From NCBI GenBank assembly GCA_963701095.1, contig OY969564.1, forward strand, positions 1,248,001 through 1,312,000: a stretch of 64,000 bases of DNA. The letters run 5' to 3'. The DNA is from an uncultured Methanoregulaceae archaeon (lineage in GTDB: Archaea > Halobacteriota > Methanomicrobia > Methanomicrobiales > Methanospirillaceae). The notes beneath the pieces are model-generated. The model saw nothing but the letters and a program-made list of their open reading frames with translations. It was not told the DNA's origin and did not search any database. Below are positions 1-9,997 of the stretch, piece after piece. The number at the start of each line of letters is the position of its first letter. Within the stretch, counting starts at the first letter, position 1. The position numbers were made by a program, and so were the translations under genes.

Positions 1-61
1 AGACTGCAGAGAGGGCAGAGATGCCGATCCGATTCCCGGTGCAGGGGCATCCGGAGCTCAT
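1..61 (-). CDS. possible 5' end of a gene running off the window edge (MSSGCPCTGNRIGISALSAV...)
   Basis: ATG at 61 on the minus strand with GGAG just upstream; frame open to position 1. Confidence 0.3.
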   Translation of the reverse strand, partial: MSSGCPCTGNRIGISALSAV

Positions 62-397
62 GGCGTTGCTCCTGATAGATTAACGAGAACTAAAATAAAT
101 AAAGGCAAGAATCTGTTATTTAATGTTGGCAGAAGATGAAAGTAACCCCATAAAAGTTTAGATGAGGTAACTATCTATTTTCTGACCCCATTCGGCCTCC
201 GTTTTTCCAGATATTTTAACTTCAGACGGTGTTTTTAAAAAGAGGGCCCGACAGCTGATGATTTCAAAAAAAAGACGGATCATGATCTGAAGAGTCCGGT
301 TAAAGAAAGGAGGACTCTTCCCTTATCCTTCACCTAAACAGCTCCATCCGTATCTCGATTCCATAAGAAAAAATTGAAAGAATGCGGGAGTGTGGAT

Positions 398-1243
398 TTA
401 GTAGGGGGGAGATTCATTCACGCCAAGGAAATTGAGCGTGGTCTCACCATACTCAACGGGTGCATACAGCGATCCGATATGGGGGAGGTCCTTGAACTCC
501 ACGAGCCATGATCCGTTGATCTGGCCCGCGATCTGGTGTGTTACGTTCGGGGGAGTGAGGATATCATCTGTTCCAACAGCGAGCATCACGCTCTTGTTGA
601 TCCCCGACAGCTGGTCCCAGGTACCATTCCACGCAAGGTTTGCCTCGGCCTCATTTTTCAATCCCGCAGGTGCTGATTGGTTAAAGGCCGTTGCCTCGAT
701 CACTGCGTAGAGCACTTTGGTGTCTGGAATCCGTATGCTATAGGTAACGGATTCAAGCACCAGCTTCCGGACCCGTTCGGGATGATCGATCACCAGCTGT
801 TGGGCTATCGAGGACCCCATCGAAGCCCCATATACGTTCATACTCGTATACCCTAGAGCGGGCATTAGGGCGGCAGCATCGTCAGAGTACTGGGATATCG
901 CCGGCGTCGCATTGGTATCGCTGCTGTACCCCATCCCCCGGTTGTCATAGATGTACACATGGTACTGCGAGGCGAGGATCCCAAGGAACGTCCCGTTCCA
1001 CATATTGTCCATGGTGCCGTTGAACCCGCAGATCATCAGGAGCGGCTCGCCGGTCCCGAACTCCCGGTACCCGAGCCGCACCCCATTGACATCGGCATAC
1101 TGGATGGGAATGGATGTGACATTTATGGCAGGGGCAGGAGTGACCACCGGAGCTGCTGCTGTTGTGCTGCTCGTGCACCCGCTGACGAGGATGACTGAGA
1201 GAAGGATGGCAATTGCGAGGATAGTGGAGATCAGTTTTTTCAC
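398..1243 (-). CDS. alpha/beta-fold hydrolase, predicted lipoprotein
   Basis: GTG start at 1243 behind GGGGGTG gives a signal peptide KKLIST...LVSGC (lipobox). Nucleophile elbow GASMG, D-x-R-G-x-G-x-S motif, C-terminal GTDD acid and His (LPH). Confidence 0.85.
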   Translation of the reverse strand: MKKLISTILAIAILLSVILVSGCTSSTTAAAPVVTPAPAINVTSIPIQYADVNGVRLGYREFGTGEPLLMICGFNGTMDNMWNGTFLGILASQYHVYIYDNRGMGYSSDTNATPAISQYSDDAAALMPALGYTSMNVYGASMGSSIAQQLVIDHPERVRKLVLESVTYSIRIPDTKVLYAVIEATAFNQSAPAGLKNEAEANLAWNGTWDQLSGINKSVMLAVGTDDILTPPNVTHQIAGQINGSWLVEFKDLPHIGSLYAPVEYGETTLNFLGVNESPPY

Positions 1244-1390
1244 AAAAACACCCCCGATCGATGGAACGATAGGGATGATGCATAATCGGAATAGGGGAAT
1301 ATGAACGTTGTTATTTTGAGGTTTTCCAGCGTTTCCGGCGAAAATATTTGGGGGGATACCTTTTAACCCGGTTAGTGACATCCTGAGATA

Positions 1391-2458
1391 ATGAATTCCA
1401 GAACGCAGCTCCATCTTGCTTGTGTAATTGTACTTGCGGTATTCACCATCTTTGCCGCAGGCTGTACCGGGACAGCACCATCATCCGGGCAGGGTAGAAC
1501 CGGGACAACAGTGAACGTGTCATCGGGAAACACGGGTATTCACACGATTTTTGTCGAACCTAATGACGGCCGAACTCTGATTCTCAGAACGATTGCCGGC
1601 GCACAAAAAACCATCACTCTAACCATCTACCAGCTCGACGATCCGGAGATTGTTACCGCCCTGGCTGCAGCGCAGGAGCGGGGCGTTTCGGTACGGATCA
1701 TCTACAACAATGCCTCGTTTGCGGCTGAAAATGTGTCCAACCCGAACGAGTACGCAATCGCAAATCTCACCCCGCTTGGGGTGCAGATGATGCCTGGTTC
1801 TCCCGTATTTGTCCTCACCCACCAGAAGACGCTCACCGCAGACGGGTCGGTAGCGCTCATCATGACGCTTAACCTGGACCCGACATTCTTTGGGACCACG
1901 CGGGATTTTGGGGTCATAACCAATGACCCAGCAGAAATACAGGAGATCGAGAAGGTTTTCGAAGCCGACTGGAATTACCAGAACGTGACGCCGATACAGC
2001 CATCGCTCGTCTGGAGCCCGGTCAATGCGCGGGAAAAGATCCTCGGCCTGATTAACGGTTCCACAAAGACGCTCGACGTCTATAATGATGCAATAACCGA
2101 CCCGCAGGTGATCGGGGCACTTTGTAACGCAGCCAGACGGGGGGTTGCCGTACGGGTGCTTGCGGCCGATAATGTGGGTAGTAACGGGACGAACGTGAAT
2201 GCACCGGCCCTTGCCACGCTCACTGCCAGCGGTGCCCAGGCAAAATCGATTGCGTCGCCGTACATCCATGCCAAGGTGGCGGTTGCCGATTACGGGACAC
2301 CCCATCAGGTCGCATACGTGGGTTCGGCATATTTTGCTGCGGAATCCCTGGACCAGAGCCGCAATCTAGGGATCCTTGTAACTGAGCAACCGATCCTCGA
2401 CCGGATCGAAACGGAGTTCAACCAGGACTGGAAGGTTCCCGCTGTCTCGGAACCTTAA
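1391..2458 (+). CDS. phospholipase D superfamily protein with two HKD motifs, predicted lipoprotein
   Basis: HQKTLTAD and HAKVAVAD motifs; N-terminal hydrophobic segment ending AAGC. Confidence 0.88.
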   Translation: MNSRTQLHLACVIVLAVFTIFAAGCTGTAPSSGQGRTGTTVNVSSGNTGIHTIFVEPNDGRTLILRTIAGAQKTITLTIYQLDDPEIVTALAAAQERGVSVRIIYNNASFAAENVSNPNEYAIANLTPLGVQMMPGSPVFVLTHQKTLTADGSVALIMTLNLDPTFFGTTRDFGVITNDPAEIQEIEKVFEADWNYQNVTPIQPSLVWSPVNAREKILGLINGSTKTLDVYNDAITDPQVIGALCNAARRGVAVRVLAADNVGSNGTNVNAPALATLTASGAQAKSIASPYIHAKVAVADYGTPHQVAYVGSAYFAAESLDQSRNLGILVTEQPILDRIETEFNQDWKVPAVSEP

Positions 2459-2480
2459 ACAGATAAAGGGGCCTGTAGCC

Positions 2481-2494
2481 CTCCTTTTTTTTCC
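2481..2494 (+). terminator. oligo-T archaeal terminator candidate
   Basis: T8 run about 25 nt after the PLD stop codon. Confidence 0.4.
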
Positions 2495-2627
2495 GTTACC
2501 AGCCCGTGCGGAAGTACGCCGGCCCGACTCCATACGATTGCCGATGCCCAAGCCTTATCTGTGGCAATCGCAGCCCGTGTCACTGTTTACCATTTGCATA
2601 TAATGGCAGAGCGGGTGCAGCGGAAAA

Positions 2628-4163
2628 TTACACTGCACTAACGGACGGGGTGGTGTTGATATTGAGATACTGCCCCGTTTCCCGCATATAATTCGGCCAG
2701 GTGATTTCCATCCCGCCGTTCGGGTTCCCCGTCTTTGCAAACCGGGTCCATAGATCCACGACATTGTCGGCAACCGCCGGATCCGTGCTGATCCCGGGGA
2801 TCCTGAAAAGCAGGACGAGCTCGCTACCATGAAATGCCCCTTCGGGCTGCCCGGGAATAATGTAGGAATACCGGTACATGTACGTGTCCGGACTGATGTC
2901 GCTCATTGAGCCCGCTGCGAACTTCACCGAATCGATGAAATCCGCGTTCTCCATGATCTGTGCAAGCTGGAGCTGGACTTGTGCCGTGGAATTGGCCGGG
3001 TACCGTGCAAAGACTGCATCGGCTTTGGTGCCGAACCGGCTTGTAAGGAAAGACCGGTATTCCGCAACGCTCATGTTGGCATCCGCGGAGAGCGTTGTCC
3101 CATCATTGGCGTTGTTCCCCACTATCAGGGGAACCGCGTCCTCCTGGTGATTGAGATACAGGTTGTCAAGGGTGTCCGGGAGGACCCACCCGTCAACGTT
3201 GGGCTCGAACATGACGGTATGGGTGCTCCAGAACTCTGACTGGGATGACGGGGTTGCATTGATCAGGGAATCTGGGGTGAGGTTCCTCATACAAACAATA
3301 GCATCCGGGCCGGAGCACCCGAGGCTTTGGGCATACTGGATCCCAAACTGTTCGGCATAATCCTTCGGATGGGTGGCGTTAATGATCGCCCCGTTGGCCC
3401 AGAAGGGACCGCTCTCCACGATTGCCTGGGAAAACAACCCCCTGCTCCCGGGGGAGACCAGGTGAATGTAGACGCTTTCGGCCCCGGCGGACTGACCAAA
3501 GATCGTCACCCGCGAGGGATCCCCGCCGAACGCGGCGACATTGTCATGTACCCATTTCAGGGCAGCCTGCTGGTCGAGGATCCCGTAATTGCCCGAGGCA
3601 TTGTGCGGCGATTCACGGTCCAGATCCGGGTGGGCCAAAAAGCCCAGCGACCCGAGCCGGTAGTTCGTGGTGACGACAATGACCCCTTTCTCTGCAAGGG
3701 TTGTACCGTTATACATCGGCATGGAGCCTTCAACGCCCGTAAATCCCCCTCCGTAGAAGAAGACCATGACCGGCAGCCCGGCACTCGCGTTCTGTACCGG
3801 GGTCCAGACGTTGAGATAAAGGCAGTCCTCGCTCACGTTCAGCGCAGGGGCTCCCGGCAGTGAAGGCTCTGAGCCTTTTTGCGCCTGGGGGCAGGTTGCC
3901 CCGTATTCCGTTGCCGCCTTCACGCCCTCCCAAGGTATAACCGGTGCCGGGGCTCTCCAGCGGAGATCCCTGACAGGCGGGGCAGCGAACGGGATCCCGA
4001 GGTACACCCGGATGCCGTCCTGGTTTATTCCCGATACGGAGCCGGCATCGATCTTTACGATTGTTGAGTCCTGCACTTGTTGCGTACAACCTGAAATCAA
4101 TACTAGTCCGGCAACAATAAGGCAGGCTGCCAGAATATACCCCTTACCATGAATCCTTTGCAT
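2628..4163 (-). CDS. type-B carboxylesterase (para-nitrobenzyl esterase-like), predicted lipoprotein
   Basis: GIPFAAPP, SEDCLYLNVW, YGGGF oxyanion loop, FGGDP, GQSAG nucleophile, FHGSEL; signal peptide ending ISGC. Confidence 0.92.
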   Translation of the reverse strand: MQRIHGKGYILAACLIVAGLVLISGCTQQVQDSTIVKIDAGSVSGINQDGIRVYLGIPFAAPPVRDLRWRAPAPVIPWEGVKAATEYGATCPQAQKGSEPSLPGAPALNVSEDCLYLNVWTPVQNASAGLPVMVFFYGGGFTGVEGSMPMYNGTTLAEKGVIVVTTNYRLGSLGFLAHPDLDRESPHNASGNYGILDQQAALKWVHDNVAAFGGDPSRVTIFGQSAGAESVYIHLVSPGSRGLFSQAIVESGPFWANGAIINATHPKDYAEQFGIQYAQSLGCSGPDAIVCMRNLTPDSLINATPSSQSEFWSTHTVMFEPNVDGWVLPDTLDNLYLNHQEDAVPLIVGNNANDGTTLSADANMSVAEYRSFLTSRFGTKADAVFARYPANSTAQVQLQLAQIMENADFIDSVKFAAGSMSDISPDTYMYRYSYIIPGQPEGAFHGSELVLLFRIPGISTDPAVADNVVDLWTRFAKTGNPNGGMEITWPNYMRETGQYLNINTTPSVSAV

Positions 4164-4569
4164 ACGAAACCTTTTCCCTTTCAGTTACCAGAACGTAACA
4201 AACCGTTTCCGGCATGGTAACGGGATGAAATCCCATTCCTGCCGGCGTAAATTTATGTACTCCCTTTACGGTATGGGGTGTATCATGCTGACGGTGTTTA
4301 ACCTTTTGGATCTTCAGGCACGTCCACAAAAACTTCAATCTCCAATTCCTCCATAGGACTGGAATGTCCTGCGGAAGAAGGCCGTTCAATGGATTCTTTT
4401 GCGTTGTCGGGACTTTAGATATTCAACATTGATCAATCACGATGATGTCACTTTATTAAGTCCCGTTACCCAATAGCATTCAACAACAAGATGGAACCTC
4501 CTTTTCACCAAAAACAAGGATTATAAATTCCCCGAATATTTATTACCATCATCATCCTATGGGGGGGAT

Positions 4570-5163
4570 ATGCGAAGATCTGTTCTCGCAGCATCGGCCC
4601 TGGCGCTTATCCTGTTCGTGGCATTTGTACTGTTGCTTTTTCCCTCTACTGACACCATTCCATTTACAGTTACCGGAAAAAAAGGAGAGATTGAGTTCCG
4701 CCAGTACCCTCCTCTGGTACTTGCGACGGTTAATAATTCAGAAGGCGATAATGGTTTCAACCTTCTTTTTGCTTACATTACCGGCAACAACAAACCCCAC
4801 ACTAGTATATCGATGACCGCTCCTGTCATAATGTCGCAACAGATCGCCATGACTGCCCCGGTGCTGTCCAGTGGTGGATCGATGTCATTTGTGATGCCCG
4901 CAGGAAAAATCCGGGATGAGATCCCGGATCCCCTTGACAACCGTGTTACGATTACCACTGTACCCGGTCGGGAAATTGCCGTGGTCCGTTTTAGTGGATA
5001 TGCCTCCCAGAAGGACATCGATGCAGAAACTTCCCGTCTACTGGAAGGGTTGGCGAATGCTAACATTACGCCCGCGGGCCAACCGTTTTTAATGCGCTAT
5101 AACCCACCGTGGACCCCCGGTTTCCTGCGCCGGAACGAAGTGGCGATAGAGATACAACATTAG
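4570..5163 (+). CDS. SOUL family heme-binding protein
   Basis: F-x-x-L-F-x-YI-x-G-x-N, duplicated I(S/A)MTAPV, MSFVMP, YNPPWT...RRNEV. Confidence 0.9.
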   Translation: MRRSVLAASALALILFVAFVLLLFPSTDTIPFTVTGKKGEIEFRQYPPLVLATVNNSEGDNGFNLLFAYITGNNKPHTSISMTAPVIMSQQIAMTAPVLSSGGSMSFVMPAGKIRDEIPDPLDNRVTITTVPGREIAVVRFSGYASQKDIDAETSRLLEGLANANITPAGQPFLMRYNPPWTPGFLRRNEVAIEIQH

Positions 5164-5259
5164 AATGCATTTTTGGATTCTGTAACTTGGTCAGGAGTCG
5201 AATATTTTTTTAGGTGTGAGGGATTTGATAAACTCCTGACAAAATAACAAATTATGGGG

Positions 5260-5754
5260 TCAGTTGAGGAGAAATACCCCTGCATTCAGAGCAGTCGCAA
5301 TGCAGACCCATGCGATGTAAGGAACAAGAAGGAGTGCAGCAGGTGTTGATACCTTGCGGAAGGCCAAAAGTGTTGCGACGATGAGCGCTAACATTACGAG
5401 AATACATACGAGGCCAGCAATGGGAGAATGCAATCCAAAGAAGAGCACCGACCAAAGGAGGTTTACGCTAAGCTGGGCAGCAAACAGGATAATTCCGGTC
5501 TTTAAGAATTTATTTTCCTCTCTCTTGGAAATGAAGAGATAAAGGGAGATACCCATCAGGATGTAGAGAATAGTCCAGACCGGGCCGAATACGTAATCCG
5601 GCGGTGTGAACCAAGGTTTGTTGAGCGTCGTATACCATCCACTTAGCCCGGTCACCGTGAAGATTCCTACAACGGCTCCCGAAACTACCGGTACCAAAAT
5701 ACAGACCGCAGCCAATCCAGCCGATCGAAGGTTAATCTTGTCCATGGTTTTCAC
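5260..5754 (-). CDS. tspO: TspO/MBR family tryptophan-rich sensory protein
   Basis: WY-x-x-L-x-KP-x-x-x-PP...FGPVWT, N-x-x-WS-x-LFFG, LLVPY-x-AW...ATALN; five TM segments. Confidence 0.92.
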   Translation of the reverse strand: MKTMDKINLRSAGLAAVCILVPVVSGAVVGIFTVTGLSGWYTTLNKPWFTPPDYVFGPVWTILYILMGISLYLFISKREENKFLKTGIILFAAQLSVNLLWSVLFFGLHSPIAGLVCILVMLALIVATLLAFRKVSTPAALLLVPYIAWVCIATALNAGVFLLN

Positions 5755-5879
5755 ACTTTGATTGGTAATCTCTCATACCGGGAGGCATCCCGCCGATATC
5801 CTTGGCTGAATTCAGCTGACAGGTATATAGTCCCAACAATAAGAACCTGAAGCGCGAACACAAATTCATTCAGGTTCAC
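5751..5879 (-). CDS. putative 42-aa single-TM small protein upstream of tspO
   Basis: GTG at 5879 gives MNLNEFVFALQVLIVGTIYLSAEFSQGYRRDASRYERLPIKV; its TGA overlaps the tspO GTG (GTGA). Confidence 0.35.
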   Translation of the reverse strand: MNLNEFVFALQVLIVGTIYLSAEFSQGYRRDASRYERLPIKV

Positions 5880-6108
5880 AAATCCACAAATGCTGGTTAA
5901 ATGTTTTTATGATTCTGTAAAGTTGTCGGAAGATAATATACTTATTCCATAATTAGTTCAAATTATATCTCCCGCGGATTTGTAAGAACCTTTTTCAGTA
6001 AGTTTTATTCAATCAAAATATAGATTATATTTATACATTTTGTGGCGATGATGAAAGTTACCCCCACTGAACATTCATGATGATGCAGGGGACTGATGCC
6101 ACATCATA

Positions 6109-7260
6109 TCAGGAAAAGAGGAATGACAGGAACGCTGTGGCTTCCCGTGTCCCAAACATCCCGTTTCGTGCTTCTTTCTCGGTCAGGCGCTTGCAGGTAT
6201 CCGTACCTTTGCCCGTTACTACAAACGGCACCGGGTCACGGGAATGTGTCTTGATCCGGATGGGGGTCGGGTGATCCGGAAGAACAGCTACGATACCATC
6301 AAACTCCTCCCGTATGGCACCCACTACTTTGTCCACATTTTCGATAGCCCGTACTTTTTCCTCAACACTTCCCAAATGCCCCGCTTCGTCCGGGGCTTCG
6401 ATATGGACGTACACAAAGTCGAGGCGTTTAATTGCATCAAGAGCATAACATGCCTTTGCCGTATAATCGGTGTCGAAGTACCCCGTGGCTCCGGGTACGT
6501 TGATGACTTCCATCCCGGCACAGCGTGCAATCCCATTGAGAAGATCGACTGCCGATATCATGCCTCCCGTTCGATTATATTTCAGGGAGAACGCGGGGAA
6601 TGCCGGCTTTCTCCCGCCGCTCCATGGCCAGATCTGCGTCGCCGGCGGTTTTCCCGCTTTTACCCGGGCCACGTTCACCGGATGTCCCTTAAACACTTCG
6701 CGGCTCGTTTCCATGCAGGATCTAAGAAGATCCGCATCCCCGTTCCGGGGGAGGTACCCAGCGATTGGTTGTCCGACAATATCATGCGGGGCTGTCGAAT
6801 CTGCTGCCAGTCCGTTAGGGACGACAAGGAGGTTGCGGTAGCTGACCCCGGCTTTTAAGGCAACGCCGGGTAGTTCCGGGGCAAGCGAGGTAAAGAGTGC
6901 GGCTCCTTCAGCACTGGAGATATGGCCTGCGGAAAAATCCACCATTATCTCATCTTTAACCGTTACAATATTGCACCGGTACGCGACATCGGTCGGTGCG
7001 AGATCAACACCCATACTCAACGCTTCAAGGGGGCCTCTTCCGGTATAGTACTGTGCCGGCGCATAACCGAGAATGGACATGTTCGCAATATCACTTCCCG
7101 CTTCAAAACCTTCGGGTATTGTCTGCAGCATCCCGCACGCGCCTTCCTTTGCCATCTTGTCCATGTGCGGGGTCTTAGCATATTCAAGGGGGGTTTTTCC
7201 ACCGATCTGGGCGAGAGGTTCATCCGCCATACCATCGCCAAGAATCAGGATGTATTTCAT
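6109..7260 (-). CDS. apgM: cofactor-independent phosphoglycerate mutase (archaeal ApgM type)
   Basis: GDGMADEP...KTPLE, GSDIAN, YTGRGPLEA, APDEAGH, DHPTP...THSRDPVP; start at MKYILILGDG. Confidence 0.93.
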   Translation of the reverse strand: MKYILILGDGMADEPLAQIGGKTPLEYAKTPHMDKMAKEGACGMLQTIPEGFEAGSDIANMSILGYAPAQYYTGRGPLEALSMGVDLAPTDVAYRCNIVTVKDEIMVDFSAGHISSAEGAALFTSLAPELPGVALKAGVSYRNLLVVPNGLAADSTAPHDIVGQPIAGYLPRNGDADLLRSCMETSREVFKGHPVNVARVKAGKPPATQIWPWSGGRKPAFPAFSLKYNRTGGMISAVDLLNGIARCAGMEVINVPGATGYFDTDYTAKACYALDAIKRLDFVYVHIEAPDEAGHLGSVEEKVRAIENVDKVVGAIREEFDGIVAVLPDHPTPIRIKTHSRDPVPFVVTGKGTDTCKRLTEKEARNGMFGTREATAFLSFLFS

Positions 7261-7270
7261 AAAAAATCCT

Positions 7271-8202
7271 TCACAATGCCTTGAGGAGATCACGTGTCGC
7301 AATCCTCACGCTGTCCTGTGATCCGATCTCTGGCTTCCAGCGCCGGCTTTTGATTCGATCAATGGATAACTGCATCCGGGGCACATCACCCACCCAGCCG
7401 CGTTCGCCTCCCGTAAACCGGAATTTTATATTGGGCAGGTGCATTTCTTCGGCAACGATCTCTGCTATACTCCGTACGTCAATCCAGTCCTCGGAGCCGA
7501 TATTGTAGATGTTAACCGTGTCCCGCGACCGCAAAGCAAAGAGCATGGCGGCAACGCATTCATGCACTTCAAGATAGGACTTAACCTGTTTCCCGTCCCC
7601 GAGAATCTCGAGCTCGGCCGGGTTTTCTTTGAGTTTCCGAATAAAATCCGTGATGACCCCATGACCGCTGCGTTCCCCAACGATATTTGCAAACCGGTAT
7701 ATCCAGGATTTCATACCAAAGGAATGGCAGTACGAAGAGATCAGTGCCTCGCAGGCAAGCTTAGTCGCCCCATAGACCGAAACAGGAAGCATCGGTGCGT
7801 AGTCCTCCGGGGTAGGGATAATTTTTGCATCCCCATAAACGGTGGATGTGGAGGTAAACACCAGTTCCGGGACGGCGTACAGGCGCATCGCTTCGAGCAC
7901 CCGGTAGGTGGCCATGATATTATTCTGCAGGGTAGGGTCCGGGTTGATCGCGCTCTGCCGGACATCCGGATCTGCCGCAAGATGGAAAATCCGGTCTGCC
8001 CCTTCGAGATGTTCCTGCCAGCCATCGCCGAGCAGATCGCTCTGTATAAACCTTACCTTGTAATCGTCGATATGCCGGGCGATTGTCTGGCGACGCCCGG
8101 CGAGAGAGAATCGATGACGAGTACTTCGTTACCCTGTGCAACGAGCGTGTCAACCAGATGGGAGCCTATGAATCCTGCCCCGCCTGTCACCACATCAAAC
8201 AT
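7271..8202 (-). CDS. NAD-dependent epimerase/dehydratase (GalE-like); one frameshift near 8101
   Basis: [17 protein letters not shown] from ATG 8202; after a one-base shift continues HLAADPDVR...STSTVYG...YGATK...GWVGDV. Confidence 0.88.
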
Positions 8203-8241
8203 CAATACCTAATATGTAGCCCATGCTATAGGATTACTGCT

Positions 8242-9120
8242 ATGTTCATCGGGATTGACCACGGCACAACCGGCATTCGCTTCGCATCAGAAAAGAACAG
8301 GTTCAAACTGACGCGCGAGGAAGCGACCGGATTTTCGTTAGAAGCGCTCGAAAGGCTCTGTCCAGCCGATGAGATCCAAGGGATCGCCATTTCCTATTCT
8401 ATGGGGGATAACTTCTCAAAGATCACCCGGATTGAAAAGGTAAAAAACCGGGGGATTGTCAGCCGTGAAGGGGCAGGCAAACACATTGGGGGGGGCACGA
8501 AAGTTTTTGATGAAATTAAAAAAAGCGGTATACCCGCTATAGTCATACCCGGTCTGCACCGGGGGTCACCTACCGATTCCCGGTTTAAAGCCTACTCCCA
8601 CCAATCCAGCCCCGAGAAGATCGGGATTGCGTATGAGGTCTGTCATGATCTGGGTGATGATGTCGTAGTTTCCGATACCAGTTCCAATACCGTGACTCTT
8701 CTTATCTCGGCGGGAAGACTGGTCGGGGCTTTTGATGCCTGCATTTTTGCCCCTGGCTCCTTGCACGGCGCACTTGACGTCGATGCTATCCGCCGCATTG
8801 ATGCAGGAAAGGGTACTGCAAATGAGGCATTCCAGCAGGCCGGGGTCAATTACACGGTTCCGGACGAAAACAATCTCCGCATAAGAACCGTTGCCATGTT
8901 TTCGGCGATGGAATGCGCCGCACTCCTCCTTTTAAACCCACGTGCGAAAATTGGCCTTGCCGGTTCACTTGCGCCACTTATCGCACCTGAAGTAGAATCA
9001 CTACTTGGCACCGATGTCACTGTGTATGATGAATGGTGCGCATCCTCCGGCCTCTCAAGACTTGCCCACGACGTCTTTTCCGGGGCCGAGGATATCCTCG
9101 GTCTTGCTGTGGATATCTGA
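8242..9120 (+). CDS. methanogenesis marker protein 12 (UPF0285, actin/ASKHA-like fold)
   Basis: MFIGIDHGTTGIRF, YSMGD, GAGKHIGGGTKVFD, YSH-x-x-SPEK, SSNTV, HGALD. Confidence 0.88.
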   Translation: MFIGIDHGTTGIRFASEKNRFKLTREEATGFSLEALERLCPADEIQGIAISYSMGDNFSKITRIEKVKNRGIVSREGAGKHIGGGTKVFDEIKKSGIPAIVIPGLHRGSPTDSRFKAYSHQSSPEKIGIAYEVCHDLGDDVVVSDTSSNTVTLLISAGRLVGAFDACIFAPGSLHGALDVDAIRRIDAGKGTANEAFQQAGVNYTVPDENNLRIRTVAMFSAMECAALLLLNPRAKIGLAGSLAPLIAPEVESLLGTDVTVYDEWCASSGLSRLAHDVFSGAEDILGLAVDI

Positions 9121-9379
9121 ATTATGATATTGATCCAGGTGAAATTGGCTTTCTATTTTCAGAATGAAAGGAAAACCCACCTTTTTCGAAAATATCATTA
9201 CATTAAAATCCCACGGGATTCTTTTATAAAACACACAAATAATCAAGATCCGGCTTTTTTCCTTTAAATCAGATGTATGGAGATTTTTTTTCAAAAAAAT
9301 TACTTATCAGCATTATTAATAATGATAAATGATGATAGTACTCTGCAAAAATCTTGAAGCAGAGTAGGATGAACTACCG

Positions 9380-9405
9380 TGTGTAAAGTCACGATAATTT
9401 ACACA
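9380..9405. promoter_or_regulatory. inverted repeat TGTGTAAA-N10-TTTACACA, candidate operator of porCDAB
   Basis: perfect 8-bp arms about 47 nt upstream of the porC start in an AT-rich intergenic region. Confidence 0.4.
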
Positions 9406-9451
9406 ACTGGTTCGTTAATTTATCATGTAAAATTATTAGGGGATTTTTCCT

Positions 9452-9997
9452 TTGAGAGAACTACGTATCCACGGCAGAGGGGGCCAGGGATCGGTCACCG
9501 CTGCAGAACTGATTGCAGTTGCTGCATTTGAAGGAGGCGTTTTTTCGCAGGCTTTTCCGGCGTTCGGCGTTGAAAGGCGTGGCGCTCCGGTTCAGGCATT
9601 TGTACGGTTTGATGACCGGAAGATCCGGCTGCGGAGCCAGGTCTACGAGCCGGACTATATCATTGTCCAAGACAGCACGCTCATAAAGGACGTGAATGTT
9701 TTCTCCGGCGTGAAAAAAGGCGGAATCGTTATCGTCAATACTGAAAAAGCCCCGGATTACAAGGTGCCGGAAGGCGTAAAACTGATAACCATCGATGCAA
9801 CATCCATTGCCCTTAAGGTGATCGGCCTTCCGATAACAAATACATCGCTCATGGGGGCATTTGCCGCTGCAACCGGGGAAATCAAGTTCAATGCGCTCAC
9901 GAATGCACTCATGCACCGGTTTCCCAAAGAACTGGCTGAGAAAAATATCGAAGCTGCCCGCCAGGCGTTTGAGACGGTTAAGGGGGCGACGGCTTAA
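9452..9997 (+). CDS. porC: pyruvate:ferredoxin oxidoreductase gamma subunit
   Basis: RIHGRGGQG, FGVERRGAPV; TTG start. Confidence 0.95.
   Translation: MRELRIHGRGGQGSVTAAELIAVAAFEGGVFSQAFPAFGVERRGAPVQAFVRFDDRKIRLRSQVYEPDYIIVQDSTLIKDVNVFSGVKKGGIVIVNTEKAPDYKVPEGVKLITIDATSIALKVIGLPITNTSLMGAFAAATGEIKFNALTNALMHRFPKELAEKNIEAARQAFETVKGATA

Noticed and set aside
4299..4440. Acidic minus-strand reading ending ...MEELEIEVFVDVPEDPKG*
   Set aside because: Very short and bounded by an upstream stop; cannot be told apart from chance or a gene remnant.
7439..8212. 257-aa plus-strand ORF
   Set aside because: Antisense shadow of the frameshifted epimerase; no recognisable motifs.
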